64,000 nt of DNA, from IMG/VR virus record IMGVR_UViG_2915212873_000001, positions 4,973-68,972 of that record; one strand, given 5' to 3'. The position numbers and the translations under genes were made by a program. The notes below the pieces were generated by a model, which saw only the letters and a program-made list of their open reading frames with translations, was not told where the DNA came from and searched no databases. The stretch comes from a virus. The stretch's first letter is position 1; every line of letters begins with the position of its first letter. This document shows positions 55,384 to 64,000 of the stretch, in pieces.

Positions 55384-55970
55384 TGGCGACCGGCGACCAA
55401 AACGACATGCTGGAGCGGCTGAAGTTCACACTCCCGCCCTGGTTCCCTGATGATTCGCCGGTGCTCGACGCAGTGCTGTACGGCTGGGCCGCTGTGTGGG
55501 CCTACATCTACCAGCTGCTGGCCTATGTGAAGCTGCAGACGCGTATCTTGACGGCGACCGACGGCTGGCTCGACCTGATCGCCGGCGACTTCTTCGGTGC
55601 CGGCCTTCCGCGCAAGACTGGGCAGAGCGATACCAGCTACCGCATCGCGATTATCAGCAATATCTTCCGCGAGCGCGCCACGCGCAACGCGATCACGCGC
55701 ATCTGCGAAGACATCACCGGCCGCACGCCGATCGTAATCGAGCAGTCGCGCATTCTGGACTTCGGCATTTACAGCGGGCCGACGTCGTTCTACGGCGCCA
55801 CGGCGCGCTACGGCAGTCAACTGCTGACCACGAAATATCAGTGCTTCGTGAAGGTGTATCGGCCGCTACCCGGGTCGCAGTGGGACGGAATTTCAGACGC
55901 GGATATCTACGCCGCGCTCGATTCAGTTCGCCCGATCGACGTGACGATCTGGGCGCAACTGCTCAATTAG
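55383..55970 (+). CDS. Baseplate wedge/tail protein I-like
   Basis: TATDGWLDLIAGDFFG...RKTGQSDTSYR. Confidence 0.75.
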   Translation: MATGDQNDMLERLKFTLPPWFPDDSPVLDAVLYGWAAVWAYIYQLLAYVKLQTRILTATDGWLDLIAGDFFGAGLPRKTGQSDTSYRIAIISNIFRERATRNAITRICEDITGRTPIVIEQSRILDFGIYSGPTSFYGATARYGSQLLTTKYQCFVKVYRPLPGSQWDGISDADIYAALDSVRPIDVTIWAQLLN

Positions 55971-55977
55971 GAGAAAT

Positions 55978-57534
55978 ATGGACCGCACAATTGTCTACCC
56001 ACTGGAGGAGACGACCGAAACCGATCTGCTGAACACCAACAAGTTCGCGATGATCGCCCTGGCCAAGCTCGCAGTGGCTATTTTGGGTACCGGCCCGCAC
56101 CTGCACGGCCTGGCCTGCACGCCAGGCGCTGGGCTGACGGTTTCCGTTGCCGCTGGCCAGATCCTCAAGACGGGCGCGATCGACGCCACTGCGTATTCGT
56201 CGCTGGGCGCCGACTCGCACACGATCCTGAAGCAAGGGCTGGTGCTGGACGCGACGGCGCTGAGCTGTCCGGCGCCGACCACGGCCGGGAAGTCGATCAA
56301 CTACCTGGTGCAGATCGGGTACGCCGACACCGACACCGGCGGCACGGTGCTGCCGTTTTATAACGCCAGTAACCCGGCGATTCCATTCACCGGCCCGGGC
56401 GGCAGCGGCGCGGCCGTCTCGACCGTTCGCGCGGCGCAGTGCCTCGTGCAGGTAAAGGCCGGCGCCGCCGCCAACACCGGCTCCCAGACGACGCCGGCGG
56501 CGGACAGCGGCTTCGTCGCGGCCTACGTGGTGCAGGTGGATTACGGCATGGCCGCCATCCCGCAGGCCAACATCACCGTGGCATCTGGTGCGCCATTCCT
56601 CGCGGGCCTGCTGAACTCGCACCACGGTGGTGGCGCTGGCCAGGCGCCAAAGGTCGACCTCGCGACCGAAACAACTGGCACGCTGCCCCTGTCGAACTTG
56701 CCGACTGGGCTGACGATCTGGTGCGGCACCTCGACCGGCGCCGCGAATGCGCAAGTGGTTGCGGTGCCAACCGGGATGACTACGTTCCCGACCGGCACCG
56801 GCATCGCATGGAAGGTAGGCGCCGGCCTCACCAACACCAGCGCGTTGACGGTCACCGTTGGCGGCTTCGGCACCTGCAGTGTCCTCAAGGACGGCCCGAC
56901 TGGCCCTATCCCGCTCACCGGCGGCGAGCTGGTCGCCGGACAGGTAGCGAACGCGCGCTTTGACGGCACAATCCTGCAGTTGTCCAGCACCGAGCTGGGT
57001 ACCGCCGCGCTGGCGAATGCATCGTCGAACACTGGCGTCGTCGCAGCAGTCAACGGCGTGGCCACAGTTGGGCAAGTCCCGACGTTTACCGACACGGCCG
57101 GCACGGTGGGCGCCGGCCGCGCGGTGACCGCCAACACCGGCAAGCTGGCGGCCGTGCAAGGGAGCCCAACTATTGGCCACATGGCCGTGTTCGACGCGAA
57201 CGGGTCGCTTCAGGACGGCGGTATTGCTGGCGTGGCCGCCGCGCCGACCTATCTGAATTACGCCAACGCGAATAACACGGTGCTGGGCCCGGGCGCATAC
57301 AACGCCGACACGCTACCAGCAAATGGCGGCGCCTTCACCGTGCTGCTTCCGGCGGCGCCAGCGATCGGCGCTGCGCTGGATTTCACCGACGTGTCCGGAT
57401 CTTGGAACACGAACTATTTCACCCTCGGCCGCAATGGCAACACGATCGAAGGCCTATCTGAAGACTTTGTCTTCAACGTGGCCGGACTGGTGTTTCGCAT
57501 TGAATGGAACGGTACGACCTGGAGGCTCATCTAA
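55978..57534 (+). CDS. Tail fibre protein
   Basis: MDRTIVYP N-terminus after the wedge genes; Ala/Gly/Thr-rich. Confidence 0.8.
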   Translation: MDRTIVYPLEETTETDLLNTNKFAMIALAKLAVAILGTGPHLHGLACTPGAGLTVSVAAGQILKTGAIDATAYSSLGADSHTILKQGLVLDATALSCPAPTTAGKSINYLVQIGYADTDTGGTVLPFYNASNPAIPFTGPGGSGAAVSTVRAAQCLVQVKAGAAANTGSQTTPAADSGFVAAYVVQVDYGMAAIPQANITVASGAPFLAGLLNSHHGGGAGQAPKVDLATETTGTLPLSNLPTGLTIWCGTSTGAANAQVVAVPTGMTTFPTGTGIAWKVGAGLTNTSALTVTVGGFGTCSVLKDGPTGPIPLTGGELVAGQVANARFDGTILQLSSTELGTAALANASSNTGVVAAVNGVATVGQVPTFTDTAGTVGAGRAVTANTGKLAAVQGSPTIGHMAVFDANGSLQDGGIAGVAAAPTYLNYANANNTVLGPGAYNADTLPANGGAFTVLLPAAPAIGAALDFTDVSGSWNTNYFTLGRNGNTIEGLSEDFVFNVAGLVFRIEWNGTTWRLI

Positions 57535-58421
57535 TGCTCATCAGTAATTTCCTTGGCCAGTCTCGCCTGTCCAACGTACTCAATACGAATCCTCCGTATG
57601 GATTCCTGGGCTACTACGGTAGCGGTGCCGTTCAGGTTTTCGGCCCTGGCTCTTTTAGTTGGACCGTGCCGGTAGGAGTGACGCGTGCCCGCATCCGGAC
57701 TGGCGGCGGCGGGGCTGGCGGTAACGGCAGCAATGGGAATGGTGGTGGCGGTGGCGGCTTCGCTATGGGCGAATTCAGCGTTACGCCAGGCACCACGCTT
57801 TCCGGTACTGGTGGCGCTGCTGGTGTCGCAGGTGGCAATGGTGGCTCGTCGTCTGTTGCGGCTTTGATCTCTGCAACTGGCGGCCTGGCTACCGGTGCTG
57901 GCGGTACGGGCACCGGCGGCTCGTTCCAAGCTGCGGGCGGCGCGGGAGGCGCTACACGTGGCGGCGGGGGAGGTGCGGGCTCACAGGTCGGAGTCGGCGG
58001 TGCCGGCGGTGCGTCGAACGGCGGTGGTGGCGGTGTGGGCGGAGGCGCAGGGGTTGGCAGCGGCGGCAACGGCGGCTCGCCATTTTCGACGGACGGGCGC
58101 GATTTACTGCTTGGTCGCGCAGCCGGTACCGCCAACGCGACGCTAAACCCGACAAATGCGCAGATTCGCTTCCCTGGCGATGGTTTTGTCGGAGGCGGCG
58201 GGGTGGCAAGTGCCAGCTCTGGCTACGACGGCGGTTACGGAGGCGGAGGCAGCGGTGCGAATGCCGGTAATGGCGGTAATGGAAACGGTGGCGGCGGTGG
58301 TGGAGGCGGGAATGCCGTAGGCACCGGCACCGGGGGCAATGGCTCCTACGGCGGCGGGGGTGGTGGTGGCGGCAATCTTGGTGGCGCTGGTGGCGCTGGT
58401 TTTGTTGTAATCGAATGGTGA
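57534..58421 (+). CDS. Glycine-rich tail-associated protein
   Basis: WTVPVGVTRARI...GGGAGG repeats ending GAGFVVIEW. Confidence 0.75.
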   Translation: MLISNFLGQSRLSNVLNTNPPYGFLGYYGSGAVQVFGPGSFSWTVPVGVTRARIRTGGGGAGGNGSNGNGGGGGGFAMGEFSVTPGTTLSGTGGAAGVAGGNGGSSSVAALISATGGLATGAGGTGTGGSFQAAGGAGGATRGGGGGAGSQVGVGGAGGASNGGGGGVGGGAGVGSGGNGGSPFSTDGRDLLLGRAAGTANATLNPTNAQIRFPGDGFVGGGGVASASSGYDGGYGGGGSGANAGNGGNGNGGGGGGGGNAVGTGTGGNGSYGGGGGGGGNLGGAGGAGFVVIEW

Positions 58422-58425
58422 ACAT

Positions 58426-58602
58426 ATGACTACTTATGCACGCATCGCGGGCGGTCTGGCCACGGACGTGACCACGACCGATCCCCACCTGATCTTCCAT
58501 CCGCTGGTGGCGGCCGAGTTCTACATCGTTCCGGACGACACGCCGCGCGACGAGCCGCTGGACCCAACGCAGTTCATCAAGGCGCCAAAGCCTGACGCGT
58601 GA
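58426..58602 (+). CDS. Small tail-fibre-associated protein (58 aa)
   Basis: MTTYARIAGG...IFHP; not in the ORF track. Confidence 0.5.
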   Translation: MTTYARIAGGLATDVTTTDPHLIFHPLVAAEFYIVPDDTPRDEPLDPTQFIKAPKPDA

Positions 58603-58678
58603 TTGGTGGCCCACCTGGCCGCGCGGCGTGCCCGCGCGAGAAATATCAAAAATCCCAACTGCAAATGAAAGGGCGCAA

Positions 58679-58867
58679 ATGCCAGAAGAGGATCGCAAGC
58701 TGACCGATGCCGATGTCGAGGCCATCGTGCAGTTGCTGGACAAAAAGGTGACCGAGCGTTTCTACAGCGACCTCGGTCGCGGTGTGATGGGCTTGGTCTG
58801 GAAGGCCATTGTTGTGGCTATCGTGGGCGTCGCTGCCTACGGTTCTTTGAAAGGTATTTCGAAATGA
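58679..58867 (+). CDS. Small single-TM lysis-cassette protein (holin or antiholin candidate)
   Basis: GVMGLVWKAIVVAIVGVAAYG; ATGA overlap with the endolysin. Confidence 0.6.
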   Translation: MPEEDRKLTDADVEAIVQLLDKKVTERFYSDLGRGVMGLVWKAIVVAIVGVAAYGSLKGISK

Positions 58868-59817
58868 ACATCATCAACTCGATTTCGCGGCACCGGTCGC
58901 TGTTCTTGGTCGGTGGCGCACTGATCGCCGCAGCACTTTCGCTGTACTCGGACCCAGACCACGGCTGGGGAACTGCGCTGAGTGGCCTGGCCATCCTGCA
59001 GGGCATCTGGGCCGTGGCCGCGTCGCACTGGGCGCGTAAAGCGCTGATGGACTATCCGGAGGCGGACATGCGCAAGCTGTTCGCGCGCGCTAGCGAAAAC
59101 CCAGTCGGCGCCGGCCTGGCGCTGGTTGCGGTTTCGATCGTGCTGTACGGGCTGCTGGGCGTTTTCTCGCCGCGCGCGCACGCGGGCGAGCTGCCGGCCG
59201 GCGCCGTGAAATACATGCCTGTGCTGAAGGCCGAGCAGGTGCGCCTGTGGCCAGATCATCCGCGCCCGGTGCTGCTGGCCAGCCTGGTCGAACAGGAATC
59301 GTGCATCTCGCTGCGTTCGGCCGGCTGCTGGAACCCTGGCGCCAAACTGAAGACGGCGCGGGAAGAGGGCGCCGGCGTCGGCCAGATCACCCGGGCATAC
59401 GCCGCCGGCGGCGCGGTCCGCTTCGATGCGCTGGCCGACCTGCGTGAGCAGTACGGTGCCGAGCTGGGCGCGCTGAGTTGGTCGAACGTCTACCAGCGGC
59501 CCGACCTGCAGCTGCGCGCCGTGGTGCTGATGTCGCGCGACTCGGCGCGGCAGTTCCGTGGCGCGCCGGCGATGCTGGAATTCGGCGATGCCGGCTACAA
59601 CGGCGGCCCGGCCGGCGTGCAGCGTGAGCGCCGCGCCTGCGCCATGACGCAAGGCTGCGACCCGGGCCTGTGGTTTGGTCACGTGGAGCGGCACTGTCTG
59701 AAGTCGCGCCAGCCGCTGTACGGCGGCCGTTCGGCTTGCGACATCAACCGCGAGCACGTGCGCAACGTCTTCCAGGTGCGGCCGGCGAAGTACATCACCG
59801 CCTGGGCGGCGCTGTGA
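58864..59817 (+). CDS. Lytic transglycosylase-like endolysin with an N-terminal multi-TM domain
   Basis: About three hydrophobic segments in the first ~105 aa; EQES catalytic Glu, GVGQIT, YNGG. Confidence 0.82.
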   Translation: MNIINSISRHRSLFLVGGALIAAALSLYSDPDHGWGTALSGLAILQGIWAVAASHWARKALMDYPEADMRKLFARASENPVGAGLALVAVSIVLYGLLGVFSPRAHAGELPAGAVKYMPVLKAEQVRLWPDHPRPVLLASLVEQESCISLRSAGCWNPGAKLKTAREEGAGVGQITRAYAAGGAVRFDALADLREQYGAELGALSWSNVYQRPDLQLRAVVLMSRDSARQFRGAPAMLEFGDAGYNGGPAGVQRERRACAMTQGCDPGLWFGHVERHCLKSRQPLYGGRSACDINREHVRNVFQVRPAKYITAWAAL

Positions 59818-60362
59818 GCTGGGGCGGCATCGTCGCGGCCGTGCTGGCCGCCGGCGCGCTGTTCGCGGCCGAGCAGGCGTACGAAGCGCACCTGATCGCC
59901 AAGGGCGACACGGCCGGCGCCGCCCGCGTGCAGGGGCGGTGGGAGAAGCGAGAGGCGACGATCAAGGCGGACGCCGAACGCATGGCCGCCGCCGATACCG
60001 CACGCGCTCGCGCAGAAACCGCCGCGCTGCAATCGAAGTTCAATCAGCTGGCCGGGCGCCAGCAGAAAGACCGGGTGGACCATGAAATCGCTACGAAAAT
60101 CGCTGTTGCTGCCGCTCTTGCTGGCACTGAGCGCCTGTCAATCGCCATTGCCCCAGATCCAGCCCACGCGGTACCTGAAGGCGGAGAAGGCCAAGGTGCC
60201 GGATCTGGAGCCGGCGCTGCGCGAGAAGCGCGAGCCGACGTCCTGCCGGAAGTTGCTGCAGCTGTTCTCGGCTTCGCCGGCGATTACGGACAACTTGTGC
60301 GGGACTATAACGCCGTCGTCGAGCGATTCGACGCCGCGCGCGCCGTCTGCAATGGCGAGTAA
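59814..60362 (+). CDS. Rz-like inner-membrane spanin
   Basis: N-terminal TM helix then coiled coil; GTGA overlap with the endolysin stop. Confidence 0.8.
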   Translation: MSWGGIVAAVLAAGALFAAEQAYEAHLIAKGDTAGAARVQGRWEKREATIKADAERMAAADTARARAETAALQSKFNQLAGRQQKDRVDHEIATKIAVAAALAGTERLSIAIAPDPAHAVPEGGEGQGAGSGAGAAREARADVLPEVAAAVLGFAGDYGQLVRDYNAVVERFDAARAVCNGE

Positions 60363-60369
60363 AGATTAG
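60082..60369 (+). CDS. Rz1-like outer-membrane spanin overlapping Rz in another frame
   Basis: MKSLRKSLLLPLLLALSAC lipobox; Pro-rich. Confidence 0.8.
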   Translation: MKSLRKSLLLPLLLALSACQSPLPQIQPTRYLKAEKAKVPDLEPALREKREPTSCRKLLQLFSASPAITDNLCGTITPSSSDSTPRAPSAMASKD

Positions 60370-60593
60370 TCGCCTGGCCGGTCGACAATTACCAGTTGGC
60401 CGGGCCGAAACACCTCAAATATCGACTCACCTTCCACTTCCCACGTGCAGTAAATTCCGTTACGCACGCCCTCCCAGTCATGCTCCTCACCGAGCTCGGC
60501 TGCCAAAACTTCCATGATCGGGCCATCTGGCTTGCCGTTCATGCGTACCAAATCGCCGTCCCGTGGACGGCCGTTCTCCAGTTCGAATTTCAT
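60366..60593 (-). CDS. Small DUF2158/YodC-like protein
   Basis: GDLVRM..GPIMEV...CTW...F. Confidence 0.55.
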   Translation of the reverse strand: MKFELENGRPRDGDLVRMNGKPDGPIMEVLAAELGEEHDWEGVRNGIYCTWEVEGESIFEVFRPGQLVIVDRPGD

Positions 60594-61294
60594 AGAAGCC
60601 CCATCTGCGCATCAACTGTGGGTACCTGTGGCGGCAATGGCCGGGCCAGTTCTGGCCCATCCTTCACCGCGCTGCTGACTTCAAACCAGGCAAAAGTATC
60701 AGGGCCAAGTGCCATGTTGCGCGCCAGCTCGGCGGCCATTTCACCCGACAGCTCCGGATCTAACCATGTCGCCGCATCGGCCGCAGTAAATACGATCGGC
60801 GCGCGCGAGTGCATGTCGACCATGCTGCCCTCGGCCTCCGATGTGACGATCACGAAGCCGCTCTCATGCGCCTTCTCGGTCACCTCCCACTGCGTGATGC
60901 CGGCCATGTAGAGCAATTCGCCGTCGGCGCGGTGTATATGCCAGCGGTGCTTTTTCTTTGGATTGTCCGGCTCGGGCACCCATTCATACCAAGCATTCGC
61001 TGGCACAATTACCCGCCGGCTGCGAGCCAGTCTCCCCCAGTAGCGTCCGAGCAGTTTGTCGAGCCGAGCGTTGGGCACTGGACGGTTTGCGCCTGGCGGT
61101 GCGTTGCGGCCAAGGTAGCCCCAGAAACGTGTGTCCAACACCAGCTGCGAATCTTCTATATAGAGAATTGGTCGCTGCGTACCCGGCCTGGCGTCAAACG
61201 TTGGCGCGGTCGATCCTCGGCGCAATACCTCATCCGCCCAGCTGAAATCCGCAAGGAACCTTCCGACGTCGTTTTGGTCAAGTCGTCCGCACAT
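60590..61294 (-). CDS. SOS response-associated peptidase (SRAP/YedK/HMCES family)
   Basis: MCGR N-terminus (catalytic Cys2), NAR, YEW, HSRAP. Confidence 0.93.
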   Translation of the reverse strand: MCGRLDQNDVGRFLADFSWADEVLRRGSTAPTFDARPGTQRPILYIEDSQLVLDTRFWGYLGRNAPPGANRPVPNARLDKLLGRYWGRLARSRRVIVPANAWYEWVPEPDNPKKKHRWHIHRADGELLYMAGITQWEVTEKAHESGFVIVTSEAEGSMVDMHSRAPIVFTAADAATWLDPELSGEMAAELARNMALGPDTFAWFEVSSAVKDGPELARPLPPQVPTVDAQMGLL

Positions 61295-61328
61295 TGAAAA
61301 ATAGTAACCTAGTTTTGCCGGTGATATA

Positions 61329-61344
61329 CTGTTTTTATATACAG
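61329..61344. promoter_or_regulatory. LexA (SOS) box between divergent genes
   Basis: CTGTTTTTATATACAG = CTGT-N8-ACAG, flanked by TA on both sides. Confidence 0.88.
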
Positions 61345-61362
61345 TATTTGATCGAGGGAAAA

Positions 61363-62037
61363 ATGAAAGTCTGGGCACAACGGCGGCGGGAAGACGGCGC
61401 GGCGCTGGCCGGCGCGCTGCCGGTGGTCGAGGGCGCGTCGCTGCTGGAGCTACTGGTGGTCGACGTCACGCTGGCGGGTAACCGCCGGCCATCAAAGGTC
61501 GCCCGGCTGCAGCCGATCGGCGAGCAGCGAATCCTTGCGCAACTGGCCATGCCGAAGTTGGTCCAGCTCAAGGGCTGGGGCATCGTCATCAGCGGGATAG
61601 AGGAGCACCGCGACGATTACCGGAACGTGCGCGGCACGGCGCAGACCTGGGTGTGCAAGTTCCATGTGCCTGCGAACGCCGTCGGCTGGCGAGTGCGAGA
61701 TATGTACGTCGGCGGCATCGCCGTGCCGAAGAGTGGCGTCCGGGAGGGCTCCGGCTCACGCGGCCCGCTGGTGGTGGGCGGCGAGCACTCCAACGCGCTC
61801 CAGCGCCACACCACTTGCGCAGAGTTGCACCGCTACGAGATATCCACTTTCCCGCAGAAGCGCCTGATAGACTGTGACCTGGTGTGGATGTCGGACACCA
61901 CTTTTGAGCTGGTCGGCCTGCACATCAAGCCGGCGCATGGAGATGAGCCGGAGCAGCTGGAGCGTGGCGGCTGGCTGTGCGAGATCGACATCAAAGAGCG
62001 CGAGCTGACGAAGGCCGAGTATCGGGCGCTGCGGTAG
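61363..62037 (+). CDS. SOS-regulated hypothetical protein, apparently two tandem similar domains
   Basis: GAGGG RBS; both halves contain R...G, L..L....L and W.C patterns. Confidence 0.7.
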   Translation: MKVWAQRRREDGAALAGALPVVEGASLLELLVVDVTLAGNRRPSKVARLQPIGEQRILAQLAMPKLVQLKGWGIVISGIEEHRDDYRNVRGTAQTWVCKFHVPANAVGWRVRDMYVGGIAVPKSGVREGSGSRGPLVVGGEHSNALQRHTTCAELHRYEISTFPQKRLIDCDLVWMSDTTFELVGLHIKPAHGDEPEQLERGGWLCEIDIKERELTKAEYRALR

Positions 62038-62176
62038 CCTTGCGCTGGCATATCGTTCTATTGTGCCGTGGTATGATCAAAGGCGTTCATGTGGCGCTCC
62101 AAATTATTCGCCAGCATAAATTTTGTGGCGAAAATTTGCCAATCGTGTTTTTAAGTTGTTGAATTTAAAGAAATCA

Positions 62177-62197
62177 CGATTCCGGCTCGAGGCACCA
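62177..62197 (+). repeat. att site: duplicated tRNA 3' end (CGATTCCGGCTCGAGGCACCA), probably tRNA-Leu
   Basis: T-arm half, acceptor strand and CCA with no 5' tRNA half upstream; between the SOS module and an integrase remnant. Confidence 0.75.
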
Positions 62198-62211
62198 CCC
62201 AATCTACAACG

Positions 62212-62905
62212 TCATCGCGGGGTGGTATGGCCTAGCTGATCTTGCGCAGCGCCCAATCCCTCGGCATCGTCTTTATCCGTTGTTGCCTTCGCGCGCAGAT
62301 CGCGGAATTGGAAGTTTTTAATCTCCTGCCCCAGCTCGGGGTGCGCGACAATTGCGGCCGCCCGCGCGCGATCGAATGCGCCCCGCAACATGAACTCCGT
62401 CATCCGCTGGCCTTTGTCGTTGCAGATCAGTGCTATCCCGGCCACCTTGCGGCCGTTGATTCGGTGACCACGGCCTCCAGTTGCCCCTCCACCGCAATGC
62501 GGATCTTCTTGCCGGTTTTGTTTTGCTCGACCGGCAGATGCCCATCTTTGAGGTCCGATCGGTTGAAGTCCAGTAGGTCGCCTTTGCGCTGTGCCGACAG
62601 GTAAGCGATGTCCATAGCGTCTTGCAGTCCCTGGTCGGCCACTGCCCAGACGGCGTTGTAGATGTGGTCCTCGATGTAGACGTCACGGCCTTCCTCCTGA
62701 AATCCCTTAATGCCAGCGCAGGGGTTTGGCAGCTTCGTCAGCCCCTTGTTGCGGGTAAAATTCCAGATGTGCGAGAGCAGCGCCTTTTTGCGGTTTGCCA
62801 CCACCTGGCCTTCCTTCCCTGTGAATTTCTGCAGCGGCTTGCCGTTCGCCTGCCGTGCTGCGTTTTCGTCTTTGCGCCGCTGAACGGCGGTCCTCCATCG
62901 GAGAG
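62212..62905 (-). pseudogene. Tyrosine integrase remnant (5'-truncated, frameshifted)
   Basis: NPCAGIK, YLSAQRKGDLL, QNKTGK, FQFRDLRAK, QLGHTT; frameshift near 62460; catalytic Tyr region missing. Confidence 0.85.
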
Positions 62906-62911
62906 CACCAC

Positions 62912-63442
62912 ATGGGCTTTGCTGACCGATACCTTCACTCCGTCAATTTGAGCAATCTGCTGGACGACGAGCACCACCACGCGACCGATGCACTGTGCGC
63001 GGCGGCGGTCGCGGACACGGCCGGCGCTGGCTTCGGTGCGCTGCTATCTCGCGTCAAGTACGCCGATGGCACGCAGCACAAGCTGTTCGAATCGGGCAGT
63101 GCCAACTTGGCCGGTCTGCTGCGCATCTGGACTGCGCGTGTGATCGAGAAGGGCCGCGAGCGGAAGTGGGTGAAGATCGGCAATGCTTGGGATGGCCAGG
63201 CGGCCGAGGCTTTGTATCGTCGCGTCGCGGAGCGTTCGCTCGCGCACTGGCTGGATGGAAAATGCCCGACGTGCGCCGGCACCGGTAACAAGGATCGCCG
63301 CATTTGCACTCCCTGCAAAGGCACCGGGCGCGGCGAGGTGGGCGGCCAAGGCTTCGAACGTGAGCGTGTGCTGGATATGGTCAGTGAGCTGGAAGGGCTC
63401 ATTCAAGCGCACAACGCGCGGGCGGCGACAAGTCTTCGTTAG
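62912..63442 (+). CDS. Second copy of the Q-like antiterminator
   Basis: Same protein as 31238-31792 except S to L, M to L, L to I and a different, shorter C-terminus; many synonymous differences. Confidence 0.85.
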   Translation: MGFADRYLHSVNLSNLLDDEHHHATDALCAAAVADTAGAGFGALLSRVKYADGTQHKLFESGSANLAGLLRIWTARVIEKGRERKWVKIGNAWDGQAAEALYRRVAERSLAHWLDGKCPTCAGTGNKDRRICTPCKGTGRGEVGGQGFERERVLDMVSELEGLIQAHNARAATSLR

Positions 63443-63564
63443 CGGTAAAGCTCTGCTCCTACGGAACGGTAAGTTGGTTTTGCAACAATTGTCATTTATT
63501 AGTGTTAAATTAGCAATTATTGTGCTACGGTCGTGGTTCCTAATAACAAATAAGGGATCTCATC

Positions 63565-64000
63565 ATGCGCTTAATTGCGGCGGCAGTCGTTGCATTTATT
63601 TCGGCTTGTGCGTCAATTCCGTCGCCTAGTGTTTCGACGCTCCCGGACGGGAAAAGTGCGATATTAAATTCGCCACTTGTATGGAGTACTGGCGGCGAAA
63701 CTATCGTAGTTCCTCGCGGCTTCTACACCGATTATGCTAGTGTGCCATTCCCTTTTAAAATGCTACTACCAAGTCAAGGGCGATATAGCAGGGCGGCCAT
63801 AGTTCATGACTACCTTTATTGGACGCAAGCTTGCACGCGCAAACAAGCAGATGCAATTTTGTTGCGAGGTATGCGTGAAAGTGGCGTTGATGCATTGGTT
63901 GCCGATGCTGTTTACGGAGGGGTTCGGCTCGGAGGCTGGTGGGCGTGGAAAACTAACAGGAAGGAGCGCGCGAGTCATTTGCCGAAGGTAGTACCTCCGG
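63565..64000 (+). CDS. DUF1353-like protein with lipoprotein signal (partial; not in the ORF track)
   Basis: MRLIAAAVVAFISAC; VPRGFYTDYASVP, AAIVHDYLY, RKQADAIL. Confidence 0.82.
   Translation, partial: MRLIAAAVVAFISACASIPSPSVSTLPDGKSAILNSPLVWSTGGETIVVPRGFYTDYASVPFPFKMLLPSQGRYSRAAIVHDYLYWTQACTRKQADAILLRGMRESGVDALVADAVYGGVRLGGWWAWKTNRKERASHLPKVVPP

Larger units (their letters stand above)
1..62197. mobile_element. Temperate prophage (lambdoid early region, contractile-tail virion); left end lies outside the window
   Basis: Continuous order: recombination, repressor/cro, replication, Q, terminase, portal, capsid, sheath/baseplate, lysis; ends at a tRNA 3'-end duplication at 62177-62197. Confidence 0.93.

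Noticed and set aside
57534-58421. GGC/GGT repeats as a possible repeat array or second DGR target
   Set aside because: They encode the Gly-rich protein and show no similarity to TR.
62177-62197. A complete tRNA gene at the right end
   Set aside because: Only the 3' 21 nt are present; the upstream sequence cannot form D or anticodon arms.

Overview
Bases 1 to ~62197 are most of one temperate prophage. It has a lambdoid early and regulatory region, a DUF4055-type portal, a P22-coat-like capsid and a contractile tail. The host is probably a GC-rich betaproteobacterium; Oxalobacteraceae is my inference from a small HTH family and the LexA box type. The standout is a diversity-generating retroelement (DGR) on the minus strand at 1-2906, ordered target(VR), hairpin, accessory gene, TR, RT. 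TR (1095-1209) and VR (2191-2305) are 115 bp, align without gaps and differ at 17 positions, all TR adenines. Two features are unusual. The target is a stand-alone, apparently cytoplasmic C-type-lectin/FGE-fold protein in the early leftward operon, about 53 kb from the tail fibres. The accessory gene looks like a MutS-I (mismatch-recognition-like) domain fused to Avd. The RT is missing from the ORF track because it runs off the left edge. Other points: twin structured elements in the PL transcript; readable operators and promoters with a probably leaderless cro; a low-GC cargo block; two DNA methyltransferases; an orphan response regulator; a tRNA-Gly; a capsid protein with a hydrophobic N-terminal extension; a beta-helix protein in the head module; a -1 frameshift tail chaperone; and a membrane-domain/endolysin fusion. 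A tRNA 3'-end att site at ~62.2 kb is followed by the remnant of an older related prophage (broken integrase joined to a second Q gene). All assignments come from reading motifs by eye; no searches were run.
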